IMG/VR virus record: IMGVR_UViG_3300046652_000008
Location: 1 to 64,000 of that record
Strand: one strand, 5' to 3'
Length of the DNA stretch: 64,000 nt
Origin: a virus
In this document: positions 34,521-43,434 of the stretch, one piece after another
Numbering within the stretch: position 1 is the stretch's first letter
Layout of the letters: every line of letters begins with the position of its first letter
Position numbers and translations under genes: made by a program
The notes under the pieces: generated by a model
What the model was told of the DNA's origin: nothing
The model's input: the letters and a program-made list of their open reading frames with translations, nothing else
The model's database searches: none

Positions 34521-34879
34521 TGTGGTCCCTTGTGCCGCGCTGCCATTGCAGCAGCCGCCTCGTCTCCGTTTATCGTGTCAAACGTCAGGGGCATGGTAGT
34601 AGTAGTTAGCACAGGCCAATTGCCTCTTTTATAGTTCACCGCATGCCCACGACTGCATCGCATAGCGGCGCTACAGGTATTGCAATCTGGAACATACACG
34701 TATTTTCCGGTTGTATCATAGTAGCTTGGCGAACAGGCCATGAGCGTACAGGTTACAGTCATGTTAACGGTAACCGTAGACGTTACGCCGAAACGATGAC
34801 ATACGGAGCATTTACCGTTTTCTAGGTAGGCTGGTTGTGACCACAACAAGGAGAGTACTAATATAAAAATGCTATTCAT
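34517..34879 (-). CDS. Small exported Cys-rich protein
   Basis: MNSIFILVLSLLWS|Q; CSVC, CTLMAC, CNTC, CSRGH. Confidence 0.55.
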   Translation of the reverse strand: MNSIFILVLSLLWSQPAYLENGKCSVCHRFGVTSTVTVNMTVTCTLMACSPSYYDTTGKYVYVPDCNTCSAAMRCSRGHAVNYKRGNWPVLTTTTMPLTFDTINGDEAAAAMAARHKGPQ

Positions 34880-35088
34880 TGCTTTCTCGCTTTCTTGTAT
34901 ACCAACATTCGCAATACATCCTCTAGCAGCTTGACGCAATACCCAGTCGTCGGTTTTCCTGAGGTATTGTAAATCTCCACTTCGTTCTTATAGTATGCCA
35001 CGGCCACATTGATATCGTGGACGTTTGCGCCTGTTGTAATTCGCCGCGCATCAGCAAGGAGTTGTGCGTCAATGGGAAATCTATGCAT
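34876..35088 (-). CDS. Hypothetical protein
   Basis: ORF in operon. Confidence 0.5.
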   Translation of the reverse strand: MHRFPIDAQLLADARRITTGANVHDINVAVAYYKNEVEIYNTSGKPTTGYCVKLLEDVLRMLVYKKARKQ

Positions 35089-35179
35089 GAAAGTGTATTA
35101 CGGTTGTAAGGATGGCGATTTGGAACATGATTAGAATAAGCATTGCGGTTAACGCGTTAAATTGTTTATCGGTCATAGC

Positions 35180-35353
35180 TTAGCTCCTTCCACCGATCAA
35201 CCAACTGGCCAGCGTGATCCAAGAATAAAGCACGAACGATGCGCCGAGGCCAGCAAGCATACACCCCCAACCGAGCGCCTCCGCAACCGCGACGAGTGCG
35301 GGTAATATCAGGACTGCGAACATAGACCACCCGCAGATTTTACGTATCGTCAT
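35180..35353 (-). CDS. Two-TM small membrane protein
   Basis: Two hydrophobic helices; ATGA overlap. Confidence 0.55.
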   Translation of the reverse strand: MTIRKICGWSMFAVLILPALVAVAEALGWGCMLAGLGASFVLYSWITLASWLIGGRS

Positions 35354-35712
35354 GGCTTGGCTCCCACGGCAGCTAAAAGGGCCTCGCAGCGTTGCGTGGG
35401 CGTGAGGCGGATGCACCACAGCGCGAATTCCATCCATCCATACTCGTCGCGGATTTCCGGCGTGCCTGTTTTTGCTTCAAAGCCAGCTTCGACGTGGTGC
35501 ATATATTCACCGCGCAGCCCCCGCCGGTCAATCTCTTCCTCCGCGACGGTACAAGCGTCGAGGGATCGCGCGAAGTCGGGAATCTCGTCTCGATGCTTTG
35601 TGACGTCGTTTGTGCAGAAGCAGCGTCGTATTGGGCTACCCCAGCACCGCGGGCAGAGTCTCCACCCCATCACATCGACCGCGATTCTCGCGTTCGTGTC
35701 AGTCGGCGGCAT
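35350..35712 (-). CDS. Phage ABA-sandwich-like hypothetical protein
   Basis: NARIAVDVMGW...PDFARSLDA...TPTQRCEALL. Confidence 0.55.
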   Translation of the reverse strand: MPPTDTNARIAVDVMGWRLCPRCWGSPIRRCFCTNDVTKHRDEIPDFARSLDACTVAEEEIDRRGLRGEYMHHVEAGFEAKTGTPEIRDEYGWMEFALWCIRLTPTQRCEALLAAVGAKP

Positions 35713-36001
35713 TCTCGGCCTCCTTGATGCTGCGTTTCAGCCTGCGAATGGCCGCGCGGATGGCCGACTGATGCCGGTCATGGCCCCAGTCAATAGCCTT
35801 TGAGGAGTTAGAATACGAGGGCACGTCTCTAACCATGTCTTTGATTTCAGCCGCCGCCCGCATCCCGGCGATGAAACCCTCTTCTGCCGCCCTGTTTAGT
35901 AAAGACAACGTTCTATCTTCTGCCGCAAAGTACGCTACTCTGTAAGGCTTCGCGATCTTGTCTGCGATGTTTCGCACTTTTTTTAGCGTCAGGTCAGACA
36001 T
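35699..36001 (-). CDS. Hypothetical protein
   Basis: ORF in GC-rich block. Confidence 0.55.
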   Translation of the reverse strand: MSDLTLKKVRNIADKIAKPYRVAYFAAEDRTLSLLNRAAEEGFIAGMRAAAEIKDMVRDVPSYSNSSKAIDWGHDRHQSAIRAAIRRLKRSIKEAENAAD

Positions 36002-36746
36002 TCTCGCCCCCTTGCGCTGCCATGCGGTCGAGTTCGTCGGCGCAGTCGCGATATATTTCCCTGTCGGGGTCACCGACCATCAGCGCTGTAAGCCGGAACT
36101 TCGTCGCCGCTTTCGCCAGCCCCTCGGCCTTCGCGCGGGCTTTGAGGGCGGCCAGGATGGTCTTTGCATCTCCGCGATGATCCGAAGTCAGCCAACATCC
36201 GAGGGCATCTTGCGGACGCTGGCCCATCATTAAGGCACTGGCTACTCGGCGTGCGAACTCAACTGATTCGTCCAGCGCCGCCGCCAGCCCCTCGGCCTTC
36301 GTGCGCCAGGAGTCGCGCTCCTCGGCCAGCCACGTGCAGAGATCCGCATGATCGGGCCAAACCAATTCATTGCCCGGATGCGCTGCCTGCCATGTCTTGA
36401 TTGCCCGCATGTCCGCTTTCCAGCGAAGATCGAACGTGGCTTGTAGTTCGTCGCGATCCTCACCGCATGCAATCAGCGCCTTCTGCGCCTCCACTGGCCA
36501 GCCTGTGTGCATGGCGACGTTGCCCGCCGCGAAACTGAGGGCTTGGCGCTCACGGAGCAACCCGTCGCGCTCGGTCGTCCGCGCCGCCAATTCGGCGATG
36601 GCGGCATCCCTCGCTCCGGTCAGGACGTAGATTTCTTTCCGTTGATTGTGGACGCGCATCACGGAAGACGCGAGTTCGGCGGTCAGTCGGGCGACTTCGG
36701 CCTTGAGGTTATCTCGGCCAGTAAGATAATCGCCTAGTTCGTTCAT
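35994..36746 (-). CDS. Coiled-coil hypothetical protein
   Basis: 250 aa; LQATFDLRWKADMRAIK.WQAAHPG..WPDHADL. Confidence 0.65.
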   Translation of the reverse strand: MNELGDYLTGRDNLKAEVARLTAELASSVMRVHNQRKEIYVLTGARDAAIAELAARTTERDGLLRERQALSFAAGNVAMHTGWPVEAQKALIACGEDRDELQATFDLRWKADMRAIKTWQAAHPGNELVWPDHADLCTWLAEERDSWRTKAEGLAAALDESVEFARRVASALMMGQRPQDALGCWLTSDHRGDAKTILAALKARAKAEGLAKAATKFRLTALMVGDPDREIYRDCADELDRMAAQGGENV

Positions 36747-36910
36747 TCCCCGCCACCTGCTACCGCTGTTTTCTGGTCGTTATCCCGCTCTGTACTATCC
36801 AGCATGGATGCCCTAACCCGTTCTTTCCAGAGGGCCTCCGCTTCCGGTGTGCCCAGACTCTTGCGCAATCCTTCAACTATCTCGCGTAGATCGTACTCGG
36901 CTTCGCTCAT
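36743..36910 (-). CDS. Hypothetical protein
   Basis: ATGA overlaps on both sides. Confidence 0.5.
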   Translation of the reverse strand: MSEAEYDLREIVEGLRKSLGTPEAEALWKERVRASMLDSTERDNDQKTAVAGGGE

Positions 36911-37350
36911 TCGTTGCCGCCTTTCGCCGCTTTGGCTGGCCTCATGCAATCAATAGCCTCCCGTAATGTGCGCTGCCCTTGGAGCAGCCCGAGACCTCGC
37001 AGGTGCTGTGAGAAGTGCTCGCCGCCAGCCAGATTGTGCAGCAGCAGCGGCTCACTCCTCATCTCCGCTTCAAGTAGGTCGATTCGTGCAGAGTCGGCAG
37101 CGTGCGGGCAGGCTTGCGAGGCGGAGAGAGCGTCGCCCGCCGCATGGAAGGCATCATAGAATCGGTTCAGAAGATCGGGTTTTGCGGCTTGCATATCTGC
37201 GGGCATAACCGCTCGCAAGACATGAGCAACGCTGCGCATTTCGGTCAAAAGTTCCCGCATCCGGCACTCCCGCGACTGGGAGGCCGCGAGTTCGGTACGT
37301 TGCGCGTCTAGCTTGGTTTCGTACTCATCTATTTCTTTTTGGCTTATCAT
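36907..37350 (-). CDS. Hypothetical protein
   Basis: AAGGAG RBS after an extended -10. Confidence 0.65.
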   Translation of the reverse strand: MISQKEIDEYETKLDAQRTELAASQSRECRMRELLTEMRSVAHVLRAVMPADMQAAKPDLLNRFYDAFHAAGDALSASQACPHAADSARIDLLEAEMRSEPLLLHNLAGGEHFSQHLRGLGLLQGQRTLREAIDCMRPAKAAKGGNE

Positions 37351-37426
37351 GTTTTCTCCTTAACCCATAATAGCATGGATGATCAATTATTTGGCGATTC
37401 TTCCCACTCTCCACCCATTGACTCAA

Positions 37427-38098
37427 TCACACCTTTTGCTTCCCTGTCTGCCACAAACCAATCGTGCCCACCCTCCCAATCTCAGCCAGCGAACAGGCAT
37501 TCCCATTAAACATGGACTCCCGCTGGTCGTCTCTCGTGCTGTTAATGCTTATCTGTAATCCAGCCTCTCCATGGTATAGCCTGTTCTTCATTCGCATCCA
37601 TGTATGCACAAACGTCTTTAACCACTCATTTCTCTTCGGCATCATCGTAGATACCACCGGATGTACGTTATATGTATCGTTCATGTGCGTGTGCAGCCAC
37701 TTTCCTAAATCCAGCACAACCGGATTCCATGTCGGCTCCCCCATTCTAGCCACATGCACGTTTAGCCGCCTTGTCTCTGTCACTTCTGGGTGCAGTCCCA
37801 CAGCCGCCAATACCTGTCCGGTCAAATCATAGAACGTTGCATTCTTCCCAGGCCCTACCCTCGGCACATCGCAGAACCCGCACCCCATCGAACATCCATA
37901 CTGGCTGCTAATTGTTACCACCCACTTCTCGCTCAGCGGCATACACGCCTGATGCCTTACCGCTCTATGCTGGTTCAGGTTAATGCCCTTGCCATAGTCT
38001 CCCAGAGACAAGAACTCCAGCGAGCCCTTCTCGCCTTTTCCTATACAGATGTCTCCAGTAGGTACACTCAACCTGCGCGTTATCTCCATATGCGCCAT
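37427..38098 (-). pseudogene. RlmN/Cfr-like radical SAM protein, apparently C-terminally truncated
   Basis: ISSQYGCSMGCGFC, RMGEP, VST, LQISINS; ends at 223 aa, before the usual C-terminal part of the barrel. Confidence 0.65.
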
Positions 38099-38149
38099 CT
38101 CCTTAATGCTTATCGTACCATAGTTGCGCTCTCATCTTGCTGGCTCATC

Positions 38150-38368
38150 TTACCCGAAAGCTCCAATGCTTTTTAAAATCTCACTCGCGCATAGTCTGTA
38201 CTCCATAGCTAAACCAGCGTACACCAGTGCCTTCGTCACATCATCATGTAGCCCAAGTTCATCGTTGATCCTAGCTCGGATGTCCATCTTGTCTGCAATC
38301 TCTAGATATAACGCAGCATTAGCCACAGAGCGAGTTCTAAGCATTGCGTCAAATTCTTGCCTTGTCAT
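38150..38368 (-). CDS. Hypothetical protein, first gene of the minus arm
   Basis: AAGGGG RBS; extended -10 motif upstream. Confidence 0.55.
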   Translation of the reverse strand: MTRQEFDAMLRTRSVANAALYLEIADKMDIRARINDELGLHDDVTKALVYAGLAMEYRLCASEILKSIGAFG

Positions 38369-38399
38369 TGCTTACCCCTTAATCGTTATAACACGGATT

Positions 38400-39290
38400 C
38401 GTTTTTTATTTTTTATCAAAACCAGTGGAGGGGGTAGCCCCAATTTAAGCCTCCGCAATCATGCCACCACCCCTTTCGCCTTCCTTTCGCCGTTCGCCTT
38501 TCCTTCACACCCATCATAAGATAGGACAGATATCTATGTAATGCGTTCGTATGGGGAACAAACGGCAAAGACGAAGAAAAAGCGATATCGCCTTCCCTTC
38601 TCCCTATGCTTCCCACCCTCCCGCTTTCGCCTGTGCTTCGCACTCACTAGTGCATTCATAGTAGTACTCTTGGGGGGCGAACAAAAGGCGAAGCGACAGT
38701 ACGAGTACTATGTTTTACATACTAATACGTTTCAGTATTTCACTTATGCTTGATTCTGTACGGTGAGCATACCTGCCTATGTGTATGATTCGACTATGGT
38801 TTCATTATTTTCCGCTTCTTTCGGTATGCAAACAGAACGCGATGAGGGCAGCCCATTCCAGGTATTAGGGTACAATAGGGTTGAATTCGAGTGTCAGCCT
38901 GGGGTATTAGCGTACAATAGAGAGAGAAGCAATAGTATGGCCTAAGGCTATTGGTATGAGTGACATGCGAAGCATAGCAGCTCGAAGTGAGTGCATGAGA
39001 ACAAAGGGCGAAGGTCACAGGCTAGCATAAAGGTATTAGCATGGGGGTACTGCGAAGAGACGGAGAACACGAACAGACGACGAAACGAGCATAAGCTTGT
39101 GCACCTATATAAGTAGATACAAGTGATGCAGCAGAGTGAGAGCGGGATTGACTCCAGACGCCTCGGTCTAATAGTTAGACAAGAGATAGGCACCCAGGCG
39201 TAATATACTTGGACAGGCACGGCATGAGAAACTTGGAGCACCACGAACAAAAAGCGAACAGGGAAGATAGCCGAACAGATGGCGAAAACC
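38400..39290. other. Non-coding divergence region; candidate genome terminus / packaging or origin region
   Basis: No credible ORF; TTCGCC hexamers on the left and GGCGAA on the right; IHF-like sites; 18-bp direct repeat. Confidence 0.5.
38861..38920 (+). repeat. 18-bp direct repeat GGTATTAG(G/C)GTACAATAG x2
   Basis: Copies at 38861-38878 and 38903-38920; partial third GGTATTAGC at ~39032. Confidence 0.8.
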
Positions 39291-39291
39291 C

Positions 39292-39350
39292 GGTAACGCT
39301 TACCGCATGGTAAATCTTACCCGGTAAGTATTCCCGAAGATAGTTATCTT
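39292..39350. promoter_or_regulatory. Tandem palindromic operator / enhancer sites
   Basis: GGTAA-N3-TTACC at 39292-39304 and 39309-39321, variant at 39323-39335; AAGATA-GT-TATCTT at 39337-39350. Confidence 0.7.
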
Positions 39351-39371
39351 GAAGGCATAGCGTATCAATAG

Positions 39372-39384
39372 AATCAACAGCTTA
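39372..39384 (+). promoter_or_regulatory. IHF binding site
   Basis: AATCAACAGCTTA matches WATCAANNNNTTR exactly. Confidence 0.7.
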
Positions 39385-39389
39385 GGGAG

Positions 39390-39405
39390 TGGCAACAGCA
39401 TTGCT
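39390..39405 (+). promoter_or_regulatory. Sigma54 (RpoN) -24/-12 promoter
   Basis: TGGCAACAGCATTGCT versus consensus TGGCAC-N5-TTGCW; correct GG-N10-GC spacing. Confidence 0.7.
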
Positions 39406-39415
39406 CTTATCATAC

Positions 39416-40120
39416 CGTCCGACGAACTCACACGGACCCGCGAAACGACTGGACAGCCAGAAAAGCCAAGCGCGGATTGACAAAAGAATCAGACCGGACC
39501 CCAAACGCGATAGCAGGATCTAGATTGGGTTTCATGGGAAGCCGAGAGAATCACCCGCAGACATCCCCGCCGTCAGCCACTCCGCAAAGAGACCAGCAAT
39601 GGTTCAGGCAATAGGCATAGTGGATCAACAAGCCGAGTGAAGATCAGAGCCAGCCCACACCGCACGAGTAGGAACGAAATCCCCCGAGCGGCAATGAAAT
39701 GACAGGGTTAAACGCAGGATACCCTAGTGGTACAGTAAGCCGATACCCGAGATGCCAGCACGATGCAATAACAGCATCGAAACATCGCACGCCAGCAGCA
39801 CAGGACTAAGCCCCTGCTAGCGTCCTACCAAGAGGATACATGGATACCACCGGAACGCATGGAAACGCGGAGAAACGATCCTAGACTCAGCACGACCCCA
39901 CACAGGAGACGAGCAGATTCTAACCGAGACACAAACCGATCGAACAAACGAAAACGACTTGACGAGCCAACACGTTAACCATTAAAGAGCGGACAACGGC
40001 ATACGGGTAAACTCCGAATTGCACGCGCCTATCAATAATGCTAAATCGCAACGCGCCCAACGTGTTAGCCCGTCCAGTCTATTAGCTGCATTCAAACCGA
40101 GTACAGCTTATAGGCTGATA
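39416..40120 (+). ncRNA. Long structured 5' leader / ncRNA of the early operon
   Basis: No ORF of 60 aa or more in any frame between 39251 and 40133; A-rich, U-poor; multiple helices. Confidence 0.5.
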
Positions 40121-40133
40121 AGGACAGCCCACC

Positions 40134-40415
40134 GTGAAGAACAAGAAACGTAACGCAACGCTTCAGGCCGTAGTAGATAAGGCCAACGAATTCATGAACG
40201 AATCCCCCGATAGCGACAGGCCAGCACGCAAGATGCTAGCTGTATTCGTTGACTCCCTGTTATTCGAGGCCCGATGCTACAACGGATATAATTATCTGTA
40301 TTGGCTTGAGACGGGCTATGATCAATGGGTTAAAGATGGAAGACCAGACTTCCTTGAGAAAGACCCGTATATCTACGGACCCACGGGAGACGATTCACGC
40401 GTTAGATTCTACTAG
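40134..40415 (+). CDS. Early hypothetical protein
   Basis: GTG start, AAGGA RBS; LFEARCYNGYNYL. Confidence 0.7.
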   Translation: MKNKKRNATLQAVVDKANEFMNESPDSDRPARKMLAVFVDSLLFEARCYNGYNYLYWLETGYDQWVKDGRPDFLEKDPYIYGPTGDDSRVRFY

Positions 40416-40523
40416 ACACCATAGACGCCTAATGATTAAACCCGTTAGGCGTCCAGTCTATAGATAGCCTAGTATTAACGTATTAGACTATGCATAGGCT
40501 ACAACGTCCAATAGGGAGAAAGT

Positions 40524-40754
40524 ATGTTTATCCGAATCAGTAAGAGAACCGCACGGAAGATGTTCACCGAAGGCAAGTCCTTCTATATCATCGCTCACAA
40601 GATGCGCCCCGGTTATCCTTTCAGTATGGGAATGACCGTCTATCCCACGGAATACACCGAAGGCCAGTCATTCGATTACATGCTGAACAATTGGAACTTC
40701 TACAATTCCAGTTGGGAGACGGGATACTACCCCGCGTTCTATCTGGAACGGTGA
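40524..40754 (+). CDS. Early hypothetical protein
   Basis: GGGAG RBS; RISKRTARK...FYNSSWETGYYPAFY. Confidence 0.7.
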   Translation: MFIRISKRTARKMFTEGKSFYIIAHKMRPGYPFSMGMTVYPTEYTEGQSFDYMLNNWNFYNSSWETGYYPAFYLER

Positions 40755-40758
40755 CGCC

Positions 40759-40941
40759 ATGCAACCAGCACGATACAGACTCACCCAAGCATACGGAAAA
40801 CACGTTACACTCATAGGTGTATACGCCCACTTCAAAGACGCACAGCGCGCAAAAGAGCAGCACTGCTCCGAATTCACAAACCAGGGATATGGACTCTACA
40901 CCATAACCGAGACGACTACGCCCGAACCACAGGAGAGATGA
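40759..40941 (+). CDS. Early hypothetical protein
   Basis: Fills the gap in the operon. Confidence 0.5.
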   Translation: MQPARYRLTQAYGKHVTLIGVYAHFKDAQRAKEQHCSEFTNQGYGLYTITETTTPEPQER

Positions 40942-40944
40942 GAA

Positions 40945-41832
40945 ATGGACTTCAGCAGCTTGTTCAAAAAAGGGATAACCTTGATATCTGTCAAGACATC
41001 TCAAGTAATGGGAACCAGTAAAAAACTTTCAGACGCGGGCAAAACAGCCATTGCCGAGCGTAATGACATGGCCCCCGAACGCTTGAACGCCACGAAGGTT
41101 ATCGCTAAGAGTGAGAATCTGAAGAAGCTAACCTCTGAGAAAACCGCATTCATGGCATGGATCACAGAACATTGTGTCCCGGCCACGGAATTCTTGCGGA
41201 GTGGCTGCTACTTTATTGATCGTAGCCTACTCGAAGACTTAGAAAACCAGCACGCCCAAACACTTCAAAATTGCGACTCGCTGTTAGTCGCACTCAAAGA
41301 AGAATGGTCCAGTATCCGTGAAGCTTCGCGCCGTGAATTAGGTCATGAATGGTCTGAAGACCTGCTACCCGAGACGCCGGACGCCTTGATCGCTCAATTC
41401 GGCATCACCTATCAGGCTTTCGAGCTTAGCATTCCAGATGGCATGGACCCTGCAACCCACCAGCGAGAACTTGACAAGGCCAACGGAGCATTGAAAAGCG
41501 CCTACCGCGAAGTAGAGTTAACCTTGCGCGATGAGATGATCAGCGCAGGCAACCCCAACGGGTTACTGGTAGCGCTAAAGAAGCGCCTTGATTCATTCGG
41601 GCAGACCAAAGGAGACCGTTTCCGCGAAGCACTGCTAACCAACGTGCTTGACTGGTGCGCCCGAGTACCACAGCGCAACATCTCAGAGAATCCGCAAATT
41701 GCACAGCTTGCAGACCTAGTGTATGCCAGTGTGTCAAGCTGGAACGTTGACCGCTTCAGAGACGACGCGAAAGAACGCGAGCAAGCGAGTGAGAAGATAG
41801 CGGAATTTATCCGCGAATTCGACAGGGTGTAG
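40945..41832 (+). CDS. DUF3150-like protein
   Basis: LISVKTS..GTSKKL, HCVP.....GCYFI, helical C-half; usual neighbour of AAA+/vWA pairs. Confidence 0.55.
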   Translation: MDFSSLFKKGITLISVKTSQVMGTSKKLSDAGKTAIAERNDMAPERLNATKVIAKSENLKKLTSEKTAFMAWITEHCVPATEFLRSGCYFIDRSLLEDLENQHAQTLQNCDSLLVALKEEWSSIREASRRELGHEWSEDLLPETPDALIAQFGITYQAFELSIPDGMDPATHQRELDKANGALKSAYREVELTLRDEMISAGNPNGLLVALKKRLDSFGQTKGDRFREALLTNVLDWCARVPQRNISENPQIAQLADLVYASVSSWNVDRFRDDAKEREQASEKIAEFIREFDRV

Positions 41833-41912
41833 TACTGTGAAGACAGGGCGATATCTAACCGGGTATTGACCCTGTATTGACCGCACTAGACCACATCCAA
41901 CAATTGGACATT

Positions 41913-42113
41913 ATGACCACACTATCAGACATTCACGAACCCGCAGCCGTAAGGATGCGACACCCACAACGCGAGAACTCCAGAGCACGCCACGAGCGCA
42001 ACGCTAGGACAGACAAGACCGAGCGCACCTGTAAGACCTGTAACGCGACCATAGATCAGACGGACGCGCCATTTGTGCGCATGTATTGCGACACTTGCAA
42101 CGCTGGACAATAG
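41913..42113 (+). CDS. Small zinc-finger protein
   Basis: CKTC...YCDTC. Confidence 0.55.
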   Translation: MTTLSDIHEPAAVRMRHPQRENSRARHERNARTDKTERTCKTCNATIDQTDAPFVRMYCDTCNAGQ

Positions 42114-42123
42114 GAGACATGAA

Positions 42124-43347
42124 ATGTATCGGCCCTGTACTTCGAGATTCAAAGGGACCACTTGCAACCGATGCGGTAAGGTTATCGGACTTGGCACTAC
42201 GATATACGTGGATTCTAACGAAGCCGTAAACAAGAAAGCCCGTTGCTATAGCTGCTACGAACAGACCAAAGACGGACAGAACAAAGACGGACAGAACCCG
42301 CAACCGCCAGATGCCCCTATGCCAAAAGACATAGCCGATGCAATCACGGCACCTCAACCCGTTGACGAGTCACGCATTCGAGATATCGCCAAAACCGAAT
42401 CCCTCAAGACGATCAAATCATGGGGAGACGAGAAGTGTACGGAGATCAAAGACCACGTTTTGACCCGCACCGAGGATATCATTCGGAAGACAGCCGAAAA
42501 GGTATTCAGGGACGAAGCGAGTAGGACCGTTATACTCCAGACCTCAGACCGGAAGATAAAAATCAATGGCGCACACTGCCAAACCGCCGACCTTGCACAG
42601 CTAATAGCAGCACGACGCCACACCTACATATACGGTCCACGCGGAACGGGAAAGACCCACGTAGTGCTACAACTATGCGCGGCCCTTAACCTCCGAGTCT
42701 ATATGGAATCTGGTAACCCATTCTTTACTCCCCACGACTATAAAGGTTATATGAATGCAATGGGAAGCTACACAGCTACTGCCCTGTATCGTTTCCTCAC
42801 TTGCGCCGAGCCTTGCGCCCTGTTTATTGACGAATTCGATAGACAGCGAGTAGATGCGCCCAGCGTACTCAATAGCCTATTGGCCCAAGGTCATATAACA
42901 TTTCCCAATGGGGAAACCCATCACCTCCGCACCGATGGAACACAGGTTATCATCGCGTCAGGCAACACCGCCATGAGAGGTGGTTCTACCGCCTACGCCG
43001 CAGCCAGCAAACAAGAACTATCCACGATTGACCGCTTTTTCTATCTCTACTGGCAGATAGACGAGAACTTAGAATCTAATATCGCTCAGGGTATCAGCCC
43101 GAAACACAGCGCGACTTGGGTATCGTGGATTAGAGCGATACGCGCATGGTACAGCAAGCCCGAGAATCGCAACATGGAAGAAGATGCACCCAGCCCCCGC
43201 GCGACATTTGACGGGCTAACCGCACTCGAAACTACCACGCTACCCGTAACCTTGATAGCAGATGGCGCAGTGTTTAAGGGAATAGCCCAAGAGGTTAAAG
43301 CTAAGGTCCTGGCAGCCTGCCCACTACCCCGCTTGATTGGACGCTAG
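42124..43347 (+). CDS. MoxR/CbbQ/CobS-type AAA+ ATPase with N-terminal zinc finger
   Basis: YGPRGTGKT, LFIDEFDR, ASGNT, STIDRF, SPRA; N-terminal CNRC...CYSC. Confidence 0.85.
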   Translation: MYRPCTSRFKGTTCNRCGKVIGLGTTIYVDSNEAVNKKARCYSCYEQTKDGQNKDGQNPQPPDAPMPKDIADAITAPQPVDESRIRDIAKTESLKTIKSWGDEKCTEIKDHVLTRTEDIIRKTAEKVFRDEASRTVILQTSDRKIKINGAHCQTADLAQLIAARRHTYIYGPRGTGKTHVVLQLCAALNLRVYMESGNPFFTPHDYKGYMNAMGSYTATALYRFLTCAEPCALFIDEFDRQRVDAPSVLNSLLAQGHITFPNGETHHLRTDGTQVIIASGNTAMRGGSTAYAAASKQELSTIDRFFYLYWQIDENLESNIAQGISPKHSATWVSWIRAIRAWYSKPENRNMEEDAPSPRATFDGLTALETTTLPVTLIADGAVFKGIAQEVKAKVLAACPLPRLIGR

Positions 43348-43434
43348 CAGCAATACGACGAGCTTAGAGCATAGCTGCACACCGCCGTTATGCTCTTTGC
43401 TGATCGGATTAAGGATACAATAAATGGAGAGGAT

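Noticed and set aside
38416-39250. Short ORFs in the divergence region
   Set aside because: Low-complexity translations without RBSs, overlapping repeats and binding-site motifs
39416-40120. CsrB/Rsm-like GGA sponge
   Set aside because: GGA triplets are frequent but about as expected for this A/G-rich composition; few sit in clear ANGGA hairpin loops
42124-43347. AAA+ protein as the phage's own sigma54 activator
   Set aside because: No GAFTGA loop or C-terminal HTH; motifs fit the MoxR/CbbQ clade
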